Shown: positions 35,719 through 47,107 of the stretch, one piece after another
How the letters are laid out: the number at the start of each line of letters is the position of its first letter
Position numbering within the stretch: position 1 is the stretch's first letter
NCBI RefSeq assembly: GCF_001447785.1
Contig: NW_015162497.1
Span: 413,381 to 477,380 of the forward strand
DNA from: Gekko japonicus
Lineage: Eukaryota
Reading direction: 5' to 3'
Length of the DNA: 64,000 bases
Program-made: the position numbers and the translations under genes
Notes under the pieces: generated by a model
What the model saw: the letters and a program-made list of their open reading frames with translations, nothing else
Told to the model about the DNA's origin: nothing
The model's database searches: none

Positions 35719-38203
35719 TCCTTATTCTATTTTCAAGAGTTTTTTTCTGTGCGGATACTTATTTCCACCAACAGGGGGCTCACTCTCCCCCAACAGCTTT
35801 TCCTACATAGTCAGTAGACATCCTGGGTTTGTAGGAAAATCCAAAAACTAAAAAAATCTCTTCAGGGATGGCTGAATTCCTCCCAAAACCTTTTGAAATG
35901 GCCTCTGCAGGGATCTGCTTCAGGCATCAACGGTGAGAGATTAGAATGTTCGGGGGTGTGTGTTTCTAACTGGCTCTGTCAGTAAAAGGGTGGGGGAAGG
36001 GCCCTTTCCTGGCCTCTTTTGGCCTCTGAGGGAGGAAGGGAGCTTTGGGGCCAGGCCTCACAAGGTTTACCAGTGCCAGGCTGGGGGATTTCTAGAGATT
36101 TTGTGGTGGACTCTAAGGAGGGCTGGGTTTGGGAAGGGAGGGGCCTCAGCTGGGTATAATGCCACAGAGTCCATCCTCCAAAGTGGCTATTTTCTGCAGG
36201 GAAACAGACCTCTGCTGTCTAGAGTCCAGTTGTAATTCTGGGGGGTCTTCAGGTCCCATTTGGAGGTTGGCAACTCTAGGCCTGGCAGTAGTCTAGGGTT
36301 GTATAGATTCTGCCCCCCAGGCTAGTCCAGCTAGAATTCTGCACTGGCACAATACATTACTCAATCACCCAGAGAGATAGGCTCTCTGGATTTAAACACA
36401 ATAGCCACCAGGAATCTCTAAATTTAATCCCTCACCAACCTGAGATTAGAGATCCCCAGAATCTCAGTTGGCATGTGGGTTTTACACATGCAAGTCTGTC
36501 TGGAGCTGCACAGTTAATCTTACACAGGTAGCATATGCCCAGTTAGACACAGGAAAAAGGCTTGGAGTCCAGTTACTACAATCCAGACACTATTTATAAA
36601 CAAGAATAAAGTTCATTCAGTACAGGCTTAGCACAGACTAATCAGGATTACAAAATAACAGCCTAGGCAACATATTTACCAACATCAGGGTAGTGTCCCA
36701 AAGTTCAATATAGTCTATTGGAAGAGTCCAGGTATCTTGAGAAACAATAGTTCCATCCTTGCAAGCACATGGTCAGCTCCCAAGGGAGTTCTTTGTTCTC
36801 TGTGGGACAGCATTTCCCAGGTGCAATTCAACAGTAGAGGTGCAAGAGAAAATCTGACTCTCCTCCAAGGGTCAGACAATTAAGAACCCCAATCTAATCA
36901 TGACTAGCCGTGGCCATCAGCCAATCACGGGTAGGAAGGGGGTGTCCAACTTTTGGGTTGTCATGGGAACAACATCTGAATGGTCCCTTAGAGCAGGCTC
37001 CTTGAAGTCTAGGACTTCCACTTAGAGGTGTGAAGAATGTGTGGTTATATGGCAGGCAATGGAGCTTCTCTGACCAAATGGTCAGCCATCTGGCTTGCAA
37101 CAGGAAACAAGGTATCAGAAGACATTCCAAGGGGGGAGGCAGGGGTTTATAGGAATCAATATTTCTATTCAAGGGTTACCAGGTCCCCCCTGATTTTCAT
37201 GACGCACCTAGCCTTGGCTGCTTGCTGCCGTTCATCAGCAGCCACCCTATGAAAGCCAGTGAGGTGCAGCAGTTAGAGCTTCAAAGTAGGGTCTGCAAGA
37301 CCCAGGTTCATATCCCCATCTTTCAGTGGAAGCTGACTGCGTAATTTTGTACCAGTCACACATTTCAGCCTAACCAACCTCACAGGGTTGTTGTGCAGAT
37401 AAAAAGGAGGAGGGAATAATGAAAGCTGCTTTAGTCCCCACTGTGGAGAAAGACTGTAATTTTCCTAGGTAGAGGCTGGGGGGTGGAGATGGAAAGCAGA
37501 AGACAGAGAGGCAGATAGAGGTAGGTTGGCTGTTGGGTGGGAAGGAAATAGGGTTGCCAACTCCAGGTTGGTAATGTCATAGACTCCACCCTCCAGCCAT
37601 TTTCTCCAGAAGAACCACCATTGCCAGCCTCCAGGTGAGGACTGGAGATCACCCAGAATTACAACTGTTGTCCAGGCAACAGAGATCAGTTCCCCTGGAT
37701 AAAATGGATGTTTTGGAGGGTTGAGTCTATGGCATCATACCCTGCTGAGGCTGCTTTCCACCACAAGCCTCCACCCCCAAATCTCCAGGAATTTCCCAAC
37801 CTGGAGCTGGCAGCCCTAAGGTGAATTGACCTCTGTAATGCTGGGAGATCCGTTGTGATTCACAGAATGCTGCCACTGCTGCTGTGGGGAGAGAGGAAGC
37901 AGGTGGGTGGCTAGGAGCACTGCCACCACTGCTGCTGCTGTTCTGTGGAGTGGGGGAGGAAGCAGGCAGGATACTGGGAGAGTGATGGGGGCACAAAGAA
38001 AGAATGATGGGGTGGGGGCAGAAAGAGAGAAAAACAAAGAAAAAGATGACAGGTCAGAAAGAGAGAGGAGGAGGAGAAATAGAGAGTAAGAAGAGGGGGA
38101 CAGAGGGGAGAAATAGTGTGAGAGAGGTAGGGGGTGAGGAGAGGAAGCAAAGGTGTGATGAATGCGATAACCATCCTGCAAGTTTCTTGCGGGTCTCCAC
38201 TTG
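35719..38203 (+). mobile_element. Composite CTTG-family Helitron carrying a MITE-SINE-linker-MITE cassette and a nested LTR
   Basis: A|TCCTTATTCTAT..CTGTGCGGATA..AAAATCCAAAAA 5' region aligns with 49130-49290; 3' hairpin CCTGCAAG-TTT-CTTGCGGG, then TCTCCACTTG. Confidence 0.65.
36300..37151 (-). mobile_element. Solo LTR-like element nested in the Helitron cargo
   Basis: TGTATAGATTCTGCCCCCC ... GGGGGGAGGCAGGGGTTTATA; homologous to 10448-11386. Confidence 0.6.
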
Positions 38204-38833
38204 TCTATATACTAATAGCCAAGGCGCCCCCTGCATGTGGATATCTAAATCCACACATCAGAGGCACCTAGGGAGCAAAGAGATTTTCCTGCACCTTTGA
38301 GGCGATTCCCAAATGTGCATAAACATCTGAAATCTATAAAAAACTATAGGGGGGATATTTAAATCCCCCCAAAAGTAAAAGAGCATTCCCTGCACATGCG
38401 CAGAGAACACACTGAGAATTGCCCCACTGAGGCTGCCACTGGGGGAGGGCGGGAGGATGCTTGGTGGGCTGGATGTTCAGGCCTCGCTGCTGCCACGGGG
38501 AGGGAGGAAGAAAGTTTAGTGGGCCTGACGGCTGGGAGCTGTGCAGACCTTGCCATTGGTACTGGGGGGCAGGGGAGAAGGCTTGGGGGGCTTGACGGGA
38601 GCCGCACAGGCCTCGCCATTGGTGTGTGGGGGGAGAAGCCTTGGCGGACCTGGCGGATGGGAGCTGCGCGGGCCTTGCTGTTGCTGCTGTGGGGGGGAAG
38701 GCTTGGCGTACCTGGCAGGAGCCGCACGGGCCTCACCGTTGGTGCTGGGGGGAGAGAAGGCTTACCTGTGGCTGCTTCCTCCTCTTCTGTATGGAGCTCC
38801 TCCCCCCGTGAGTATCGCGGGTCCCACTTCTTG
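38204..38833 (+). mobile_element. CTTG-family Helitron with an internal ~60-bp tandem array
   Basis: TCTATATACTAATAGCC start; hairpin CCCGTGA-GTA-TCGCGGG, then TCCCACTTCTTG|T; 4-5 GC-rich repeats at about 38500-38765. Confidence 0.8.
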
Positions 38834-39190
38834 TGCTTATCTAATTCCCTATTGAAGCTGTCCATGCTTGTAGCTGCCACCACCTCCTGTGGCAGTGAAT
38901 TCCATGTGTTAATCACTCTTTGAGTGAAGAAGTACTTCCTTATATCTGTTCTAACCTGACTGCTCAGCAATTTTGAGTGCCCACGAGTTCTTGTATTGTG
39001 AGAAAGGGAGAAAAGTACTTCTTTCTCAACCTGCTCTATCCCATGCATAATCTTATAAACCTCGATCATGTTACCCCTCCACCATCTATTCTCCAAGCTT
39101 AAAGAGCCCCAAGCGTTTTAACCTTTCTTTATAGGGAAAGTGTTCCAACCCTTTTATCATTCTAGTTGCCCTTTTCTGCACTTTTCTGTG
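38834..39190 (-). mobile_element. CR1 ORF2 C-terminal fragment
   Basis: RGNMIEVYKIMHG...RTRGHSKL...RKYFFTQRVINTWNSLPQEVV. Confidence 0.9.
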
Positions 39191-39221
39191 GGGGACCAGT
39201 GAATTTCACAGTCCCACATGT

Positions 39222-39530
39222 ATGCTTGATTTCAGTTGGGGAGACCTTAATAAACTTAGAGGCATGATGAGAAACATTCCATGGGCAAGACTCATGGAAG
39301 GGAAGGGAGAAAGTGAACGGTGGGCTCTCCTAAAACAAGAGCTCTTGCAAACTCAAGCCATCGCTATTCGAACAAGAATAGGTAGGGAATTCAAGAAGCC
39401 AATGTGGATGAACAGAGAACTTTGTGGTGTACTAAGGGAGAAAAAGGAAATATTCAAGAATTGGAAGCAAGGACATATCTCTAAAGAAGAGTATCTTTGG
39501 ATTGCTAGGCACTGTAGGTCAGGGATGCTC
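39222..39530 (+). mobile_element. CR1 ORF2 EN-RT linker fragment
   Basis: LDFSWGDLNKLRGMMRNIPW...KKPMWMNREL...WKQGHISKEEY. Confidence 0.8.
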
Positions 39531-39713
39531 TAAGCCAGGGGTCTGAAACATGTTACCTGTGGGCCGGATGCGGCTCGCAGAGGGCTCAAATCTGCCCTCT
39601 GAGCAACTTCATTCTTCTGCTTCCTTTCCCAGGGCTGCTGCCGCAGCTGCACTGTAACTTGCTTCTCCCCATCTCTCTTGTGGCTTTTTTCTTCCTGCCT
39701 CCTTCCCCCCTTG

Positions 39714-39718
<5 letters not shown>

Positions 39719-39794
<76 letters not shown>
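39719..39794. repeat. Compound microsatellite (TC)n(AC)n
   Basis: Direct reading. Confidence 0.95.
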
Positions 39795-39800
<6 letters not shown>

Positions 39801-40055
39801 CTTCTGCTTCCTTCTCCAGGGCTACTCCTTCTCTTCAAGACCAACAATGTTTTATTCCAGGTACAAGCTTTTGTGTGCAAGCATATTTCTTGAGAGGGAG
39901 GGAGTGGTGGGTGGGTTGCTGGGTTCTTCTGACATGCACAATGTACATTGAGGAAATTATTTTGGCTTATTCTGAAAAGTTGATGTTGTTGTTTTTAAAA
40001 ATATTAGATTTTGCTGTTCCTATCTGGAATTCCCCCCCCCCAAAAAAAAGAGCCT

Positions 40056-40505
40056 GATTAGGATTTAGAACACTTGGATTGGTCGTTATATCTTGGAGAG
40101 TGGAGTGATTTCAGATGTCAAATGATAATAACATGGATTGATAATGAGACAGGAAACCTAGGTCTCAATTCAGTCCAGGAGGATTCATTGTCTTGAGCTT
40201 CATTATCAATTGCAATTCAGCAGTCTCTCCTTCTACTTCCGCTTTAAAATTTCTTTGTAACAGCACTGCTACTGTTAGGTCAGCAACTGAATGTTATAGT
40301 TTCTAATTTCAGACCTATGTCCGTTTATTCTTTGCATCCTTCTGGACTGAATCCTCCTGTATGGAATTGAGACCTAGGTTTCCTGTCTCATTACCAACAC
40401 TGGTACCTCCACGCCTACTACCCCTCTGCATATCACACCTAATCCAATCAAGCCTGCTATTGTCATTCACCTGCTATTGGCATTTGACATATGAAATCAC
40501 CTTTA
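40056..40505. mobile_element. Penelope-like element fragment with GIY-YIG C-terminus and an inverted copy
   Basis: Minus strand 40292 to 40135 reads HSVADLTVAVLLQRNFKAEVEGETAELQLIMK..TMNPPGLN*DLGFLSHY (frameshifted); 40142-40187 is inverted at 40348-40393. Confidence 0.75.
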
Positions 40506-41712
40506 TAAAGTTTATATCTCTAGTACCTCTTGTTACATTTTATGGCATGCATGGCTCGCCCCAACAAAGTGACAGTTATGTCAGATCCATTCCTCGTAAC
40601 AAATTAGTTCAACACCTCTGCTCTAGGCTAATCTTTTATTGAACAGTGGGTTTGACTAGATGGCCTTTATGGCCCCTTCCAACTCTGTGATTCTTTGATT
40701 CTATGAGAAACAGGTCCAAGAATTAAACCCCAAGGTTCAAGCTGGAAACTCTGAATCTTATTGATAGATTTGAATTTTACGGGAGTGGAAGGGAGAAATC
40801 CAAATAAATGGGACATGTTAATCAAGTTAAATGTATGTGGAAAGTATGTGGAAAGTCCTGTACTGTACTAAGACCATTTTACAGGAGGAATATTGAGGCA
40901 GAGACATAATAACTGAGGCCTGAGGCCTTTCAGTGTATCAATGCCTGATTTTAAAACTAGAATACCAACATATTATGTGGCTACAATCCAACACAGTTAA
41001 GTGCACTTAACCCATTAAAATAAATTATTTACTATGTATTATATTTTCCCCACACTTTCCAACCAAAAATAGCTTTCAATGCAACTCACAGGAACCAAGA
41101 ACCCAAAGAAATGGCAATTAAAATTTAAATTGAGTGTTGAATGGGGATTGGGATTCTCAGTTGAACTTGATCCGGACATGATGGACAAGTGCCTTAGCTG
41201 CTTTTTGCCTTCCTGTTGATGCTGGTGGAAAGCTAGAAGGAAGATTTCCACAGGACCTGGTCCAGAGGGGCTGAATTGAGTGCCTGGATGCTGCTTTCCC
41301 TCCTTGGATGGCCTTGGCAATACAAGGAGTCCTCAGCTGCAGCTTGGTTCAGACATGACAGAAGAATGCCTTCCCTCTGATAACCTAAGGGTGATGGCAA
41401 TTCGGACTGGAGAGAGAGAGAGAGAGGTCTTAGCTGGATCTGGATCTAGAAATGATGAATGACACCTAGTTGCTCTCTGTTCTCCCTTTGACAGGTTCAA
41501 CAACTGCATTTGGAAGCCAAGAAGGGGAGGTATCATCCCATGGAGCAGCATCAAGGAACAATAAGCCTGGCTGCTGCTTCTGTGTCTCAGTAAATGGGCC
41601 TAAGCACATAATTCTGTTGAATGGCTGCCTTTATGTTCTGTAAATTATAGCATTCTTTAGATTTAGAAACTGGTGCAAAGAGTATTTTATGTTTGTGGTA
41701 ACATAACACAAA

Positions 41713-41966
41713 CGAACAAATTTAGAGTCCAGTGGCACCTTTAAGACCAGCAACGGTTTATTCAAGGTATGAGCTTTCGTGTGCAAGGCACACTTTTTCA
41801 AATACATTGGAATGGTAGATGAGGTTCTAAACTTACAGACAGGGATTTAACAGCAAATTAACATTCAACGTGATGATGTTTAATTTATGCAAAGTGAAAA
41901 ACTAAATAATAAGGTTATAAGGTCAACAGTTGTAATGCAGACCAACATGGCTGACTACCTGGATCT
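41713..41966. mobile_element. Penelope-like remnant with a degenerate hammerhead motif
   Basis: GAGTCCAGTGGCACCTTTAAGACC terminus, ...CAGACCAACATGGCTGACTACCTGGATCT end; TSD ATAACACAAA. Confidence 0.7.
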
Positions 41967-44106
41967 ATAACACAAATGGAATAGCGTTGTACTTTTTAGA
42001 ATATCCGGTAAACCCCCTCCCGTGTTTGTTTGTTTTCCCCCTCATATTTATATAGCCAAATAGGTAACCTTTTAAAAAAATGGCTAGCTTATCTCCCACC
42101 AAAGTCTGATCTGACCAAGTCTGCAAAGATTGAGTGTTCTATTAATACAAATGAAGTAAAAAGTATGGCACCATAGAGAGTTGTCTCCAACAGTTATAAC
42201 AGTACCACAAGAAAGGCCTGTCACAGACCTCTGTCTCTCAACTTTGTTTGCCCAGATTTATTAAAAAATATCTTTTTTGTTGTCATAGTAAGAATTCAAA
42301 TATGAGTGAACTACAGGAACCTTGTACGTAGACTGATGCCTGTTTGTGTGCATGCTTTTGAATTGTGTTTTTTAATTAAATAGAAGTCTAATATTGTTGA
42401 TCCGTAAATACAGTTAACGAGTGTTCAGATATCCAGTTAAAGATGTGTACAAGCTCTCTGCATGTGTGCATCTTTGATTCATGTGCTAATTGCGAAAGTC
42501 CTTGGGGGAGGGGGAGGCATAAAGCAGTGGAACAACTGTACTCCCTGATTAATGCTTGTGAGCAGGCATACACAGTGCTTGGTAGATAGCGGTTAGGCAT
42601 CTCCAGTCCCAGCTGAGAATATGGTTCCATTATCTCCCTGCTGCATAGACAATCCATAAGGGCCTGTTCTGCCTGGCTGATCATTGTAGTGGAAGCAGTG
42701 ACTTGACGGGAGCTGAGATCTTTGTTTGATGTGCTGTAACATGTAAAAGAGAAACTGGGACATTTTACTTTACAGTTCTGTAAGTACCAGTTTTTCTTCC
42801 ATAGCTGCATGTGGATGTGACTTTGCCAACAACATTTAATTTTCTGTTCCGTTGCTCTTTGTTGAATGTAACAGGCAAGACGGAGTGCAATTGTAGGTTG
42901 TGTTGGCTGTTCAAACTACAGGCATATGGTTAGTGATTCATATAAGCAAGTAAGCTGATTTTTTTTTTTAATGTAGCTTCTTTTATGAGAGTTGAACAGA
43001 ATCTAAGCTGTAGCAGTGCTTTGCTTAGAAGCCTGGCTTGGGTTTCCCACCAACCAAATAGATTAGGACTGTCTCATTTTCGTATCAGTTAAGGAAGCAA
43101 AAGAATACAATATGTAAATCGATAGTTTTCTTAAATCAGGGCTTTCCAAAATGATTTGTTAGTATTTGAAGATGATAGGCAAGACTAACTTCATCTTCAG
43201 GCCTTTGTGGGCTGCTTATGCAAAATAATTTCAGCAAATGTGCAAAATAGGATGTGGTGAAGTAAACAAAATGTTCCAGCACATAGCTGATTAAACAGGA
43301 CAGTTATTTGGAGAAAGAAAAAAGTAGTTTTGCATGATTCAAGAGGTGCACGAACACTCCATGCAAAGGGGGAATTGTAGTGTCAAATGTAGGAGAGAGG
43401 GTAGTGTCAGACTAGAATAGTTTTAAGAAATGTTCTCCATAACTTTGTGTGCAGAAAGGCAGAGAACTTGTAATGCTGAGAGGCATGATCAGAACTGGGA
43501 GCTGTTGTAGGAGGAAACAGACTTGCTTGTTTCTAAAACAAATTGCATTTTCCAGTAGGCTTCATTCCCCCCCCCCTACACAACATTTGAAGTGTTTACT
43601 TCTAATTCTTGCATGATCTGACTCATTATAATATGAATAACTGTATATTAAAGTATCAGAGATTTAAGTTATCAGGGCAGCATAAGCTTTGCAGCTGACT
43701 TGCAAATTACAGGTTGCAGCAGCAGCAGTGGAACTGAATGTCGTTAGCTGAATGAAAATAAGGAGGATGTGTTTTTAATATGTTTTCTAGTATCTCCCCA
43801 TTTGTTTCTCAGTGTCAGTTGACCTTGTAATAGATCAGTGATCTAATTATGGTATCCCAGGGCCTGTTGTACCAGTGCTCCAACCTATTCGGAGCAAGTA
43901 GTTCTAAAGCATCCCTGTTCGGAAGCCTGCGGACTATACAAGTTGAATGAAGCCATGTGGTGCGGAAGGCACCTACTGGAGTGCAAACACCCCCCTCCCC
44001 TTTTCCTGAATAGGCAATACGTCTCAAAGCAGATCAAAACCACAGGTAGTGAAGTACGAAAGTGCCTCACTGCAGAGGACAAGAGTATGTTGTCATAGAT
44101 GGTTAC

Positions 44107-44144
44107 CTCAAGTAGTGCAGAAACAGCTTCACATCCTGGGAGTC
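44107..44144 (-). other. Candidate 38-nt exon
   Basis: CTTTCTTTATTTTGCTTCCAG|GACTCC...CTTGAG|GTAACC; open in two frames (DSQDVKLFLHYL or LPGCEAVSALLE). Confidence 0.35.
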
Positions 44145-45249
44145 CTGGAAGCAAAATAAAGAAAGCCTAACAGTAAGAAGTGATAGAGAATTAAGGCAGC
44201 CTCTCTGTTTGTGTCCCCCCCCCCGCCCCACCACATGTCTGAGTCATTCTGGCTTATGAATGTATGTTTATATTTCAGGGTAGAATTGGCTGCTTCCATG
44301 GAAGAAGCTTGTTTGAACTATATATGCATAATAAATGTATTTTAAAGCTGACTGTTTTCTGCAACTGCTTCCTCAAGCACTTTCTTCTAATTGAAAGAAG
44401 GGTCAGCAGCCGTTGTTGTTGTTTTAAATAAATAAGAAGCTCATGCAATGAGTATTTGTGGTACTGGCATACATAGGAATATTATAGTAATTTATTTTCT
44501 CACCCTAGTTGCATTTTCAGCATTTCTGTAATGATCATAAGCAAGTGTAATGGGGAATGTTACATTGCTGTAAGATCTCATACTAGCTAAACTAATGTAC
44601 TTAGTTATATGGTCAAACCTTTTGATAACAAAGGCTGCAATCCTAAGAGCACTTTCCTGGGAGGAAGCCCATTGAGTAAAATGGGGCTTACTGCTGAATA
44701 GACCTGCTTAGGCGTACTCCCACTTACTTATCCTCCCCCTAAAATCAGTGAGTTTACAATCTGATTCCTGACCCCTTTTAGTGTTCCTCTTTCTGTGTAA
44801 ATGTGTGGGCTGATGATCGAACCAGATCTCTTAAGTTACTGAAAGCAAAACCAAATTATAGTTCTGCATGGTATAGTTCTGCATGAAGTATATTATAATT
44901 CTCTTTTAAATGGAAAGTCTGGCTGGTGATTTTGATAGCAAAGTTTGCACTGGGGACGTGATGTTGGGCTTCCAGTTGTTTGGAGAGATCTAAAGATTTG
45001 AGCCACTGACTACATCCATTCTTTTATGAATGGAAATCTGATATACGAGACAGCTGTAGAGAGCAGCCCTAGAAGGGACTGAATGTCCTTGAAGGGATTT
45101 GAAGCTTGGCTTTATGTTATGCATGTGTGTAAAATAGCTGACATAACCAAGTGCTAGCAAACATTATTATCAGAGGGAACAAAACAAGACACAATATTTT
45201 GATGTAGATCTGAAGGCTCCAGAATATATATTGGGTTGAAGAATGAGTA

Positions 45250-45320
45250 TTTTTGGCCACTGTGTGACAGAGTGTTGGACTGGATGGGCCTTTGGCCTGA
45301 TCCAACGTTATGTTCTTATG
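45250..45320 (+). mobile_element. CR1 3' tail
   Basis: GGCCACTGTGTGACAGAGTGTTGGACTGGATGGGCC...TTATGTTCTTATG. Confidence 0.75.
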
Positions 45321-46464
45321 GAAGTCTTATTATCTGGTGCACCCCTGTAGTAACATTAATAGGACAATATTTCTCCGATGGAACCTGGTTCAGGTGATAA
45401 CTTCAGTACATGGATAGCTTGGGAAGTACACAAAGAAGATACATATGGTCAAGAACACTGCTGATGCAAGCAAAGATTTAGTGTAGCTTTTTAAAAGGCT
45501 TTTTAAAAGAAGCACTCTGCAAATATTTACACGATTCGGCCCACTTTTCAGTGCAGCAATTCTGTTACTTTTGATTTCATCATCTTCATTGTATAAGCTC
45601 TTAACAAATGATTCTTCAGTGTGGTGAAGACACAGAAACTCAATCATGATTTCCAGTCCTTAAACCAGTCTGCAGGCTTTTGAAAGTAGAACACCTGTTA
45701 GTGGATTAAGAGGCCAGTACTTAGTTGTTCTCGTGTTGGTCACACTGACGAACTTCAGTATTTAAAATACTGAAATTTATCATTCTGCCCGGGGGGGGGG
45801 TGAGAAAGAGATTTTCAGTTTTCTCCTATTATATCTGGTCTAGAAATCTTGCAGAACAGAGCAGAGTGAGAGAATATGTGGAAAATGACAGTACATGCTT
45901 CAGAAAATTCTGTCTGCTTGTTTAACACTAAATGGCTTGTTGTTTTTAAAGGCCAATTTCCTCACACTGTGTACTGAGGAAGGAAGGCATCATACACAGC
46001 CCTTGGGAATTCAGACTGTAACCTATTTGCTAGTTTTCAAAATCAACTTGTATGCTGCACCCTTGAGAAAGGACAAATGAACAGGAAAGAGTACATTAGG
46101 CTCTTCCTTTCCAGCCCCCCCCCTCGTTCTGTTCCACTGGTAGGAGTAGCCACATCATGAGCATCATGTTTTGCAGTTCACATCACTTTACATATGGGAC
46201 TGTTTCTGCAACATGGATGGTTCCTCCTTATACCAGTTTAGTGACATGTAATCCTCAGTGCTGGAGAACCTGTTGGCACAGGCTGAATCTTCATTTGTCA
46301 TCATCTCTAGATGGCCCAGGAGACTCTTCTCTTTTTGACTGGAATGCCCAGAGTCCATATGCTATAGGAATGGGTGATAACTAATGTGTTTCAGCACAGT
46401 TATAATGTTTTAAGTGGTCCATTCCCAAATTTGGCTTCCAAATTAATTTCCACATTTTCTTTCT

Positions 46465-46865
46465 AATCTCAGCCTTTTGAAGGACTTGGGTGATATATCT
46501 TATCAATTATTCCTGTTATTGCTCCGGTTATGCTCCTCAGTCAGCTTTCTCCTTGTGGTACCCTCACCTAAGATGGTCTCTTTGGCAGCAGTTAGGTCCC
46601 AGACACTCTCTGTGGTAGATCCACTCCTCTGGAATGGTTTGCCAGAGTGGGTGCAACACTTGCCACTTTAACGAAAACGTATAAAACTGTTTTGTTCCAG
46701 ATTGCTTTTGGTGAACTGTTTGGTTGTGTTTTTAACTGTGTTTTAAGTGTATATTGGTTTTAACTTATTTCTGGATGATCGTGGAGTTTGTGTCCTTTCA
46801 GCTTCTGCTGTTAGCTGCCTTAAGTTTTCAGAGATAAGACAGGGTGTAAATATTTTAAATAAATA
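46465..46865 (+). mobile_element. L2 LINE 3' end, degraded
   Basis: ..SVVDPLLWNGLPEWV.. motif, T-rich UTR, TAAATAAATA tail. Confidence 0.6.
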
Positions 46866-47107
46866 CATTCTGGTTTTTTTAATATTTTCAGCGGGAGGCT
46901 ATTTTTCCTTACTTTCTTGGTAGGCTAATTTGCTCAACATTTTGAGCTCCCCTGAATCTATCTTGGTATTTCTAGTATTATACATAAAATGTCTTTTGTT
47001 TCAGGATTTTTCTTTGTGCTGATGCTGCTAATCTGTGTCCTGTTTACCTGAGAACCATGGAAATATTATTCCCAAACTGTTATCATTGTAGCTTTATTTT
47101 GTAAGTA

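Noticed and set aside
38359-39096. 245-aa ORF as a novel gene
   Set aside because: Chance read-through from a CR1 ORF2 fragment into the antisense of a GC-rich Helitron array.
47004-47100. Plus-strand exon (TTTCAG...GTAAGT)
   Set aside because: The donor has a weak exonic context and abuts a Helitron insertion; the peptide is uninformative and such sites occur by chance.
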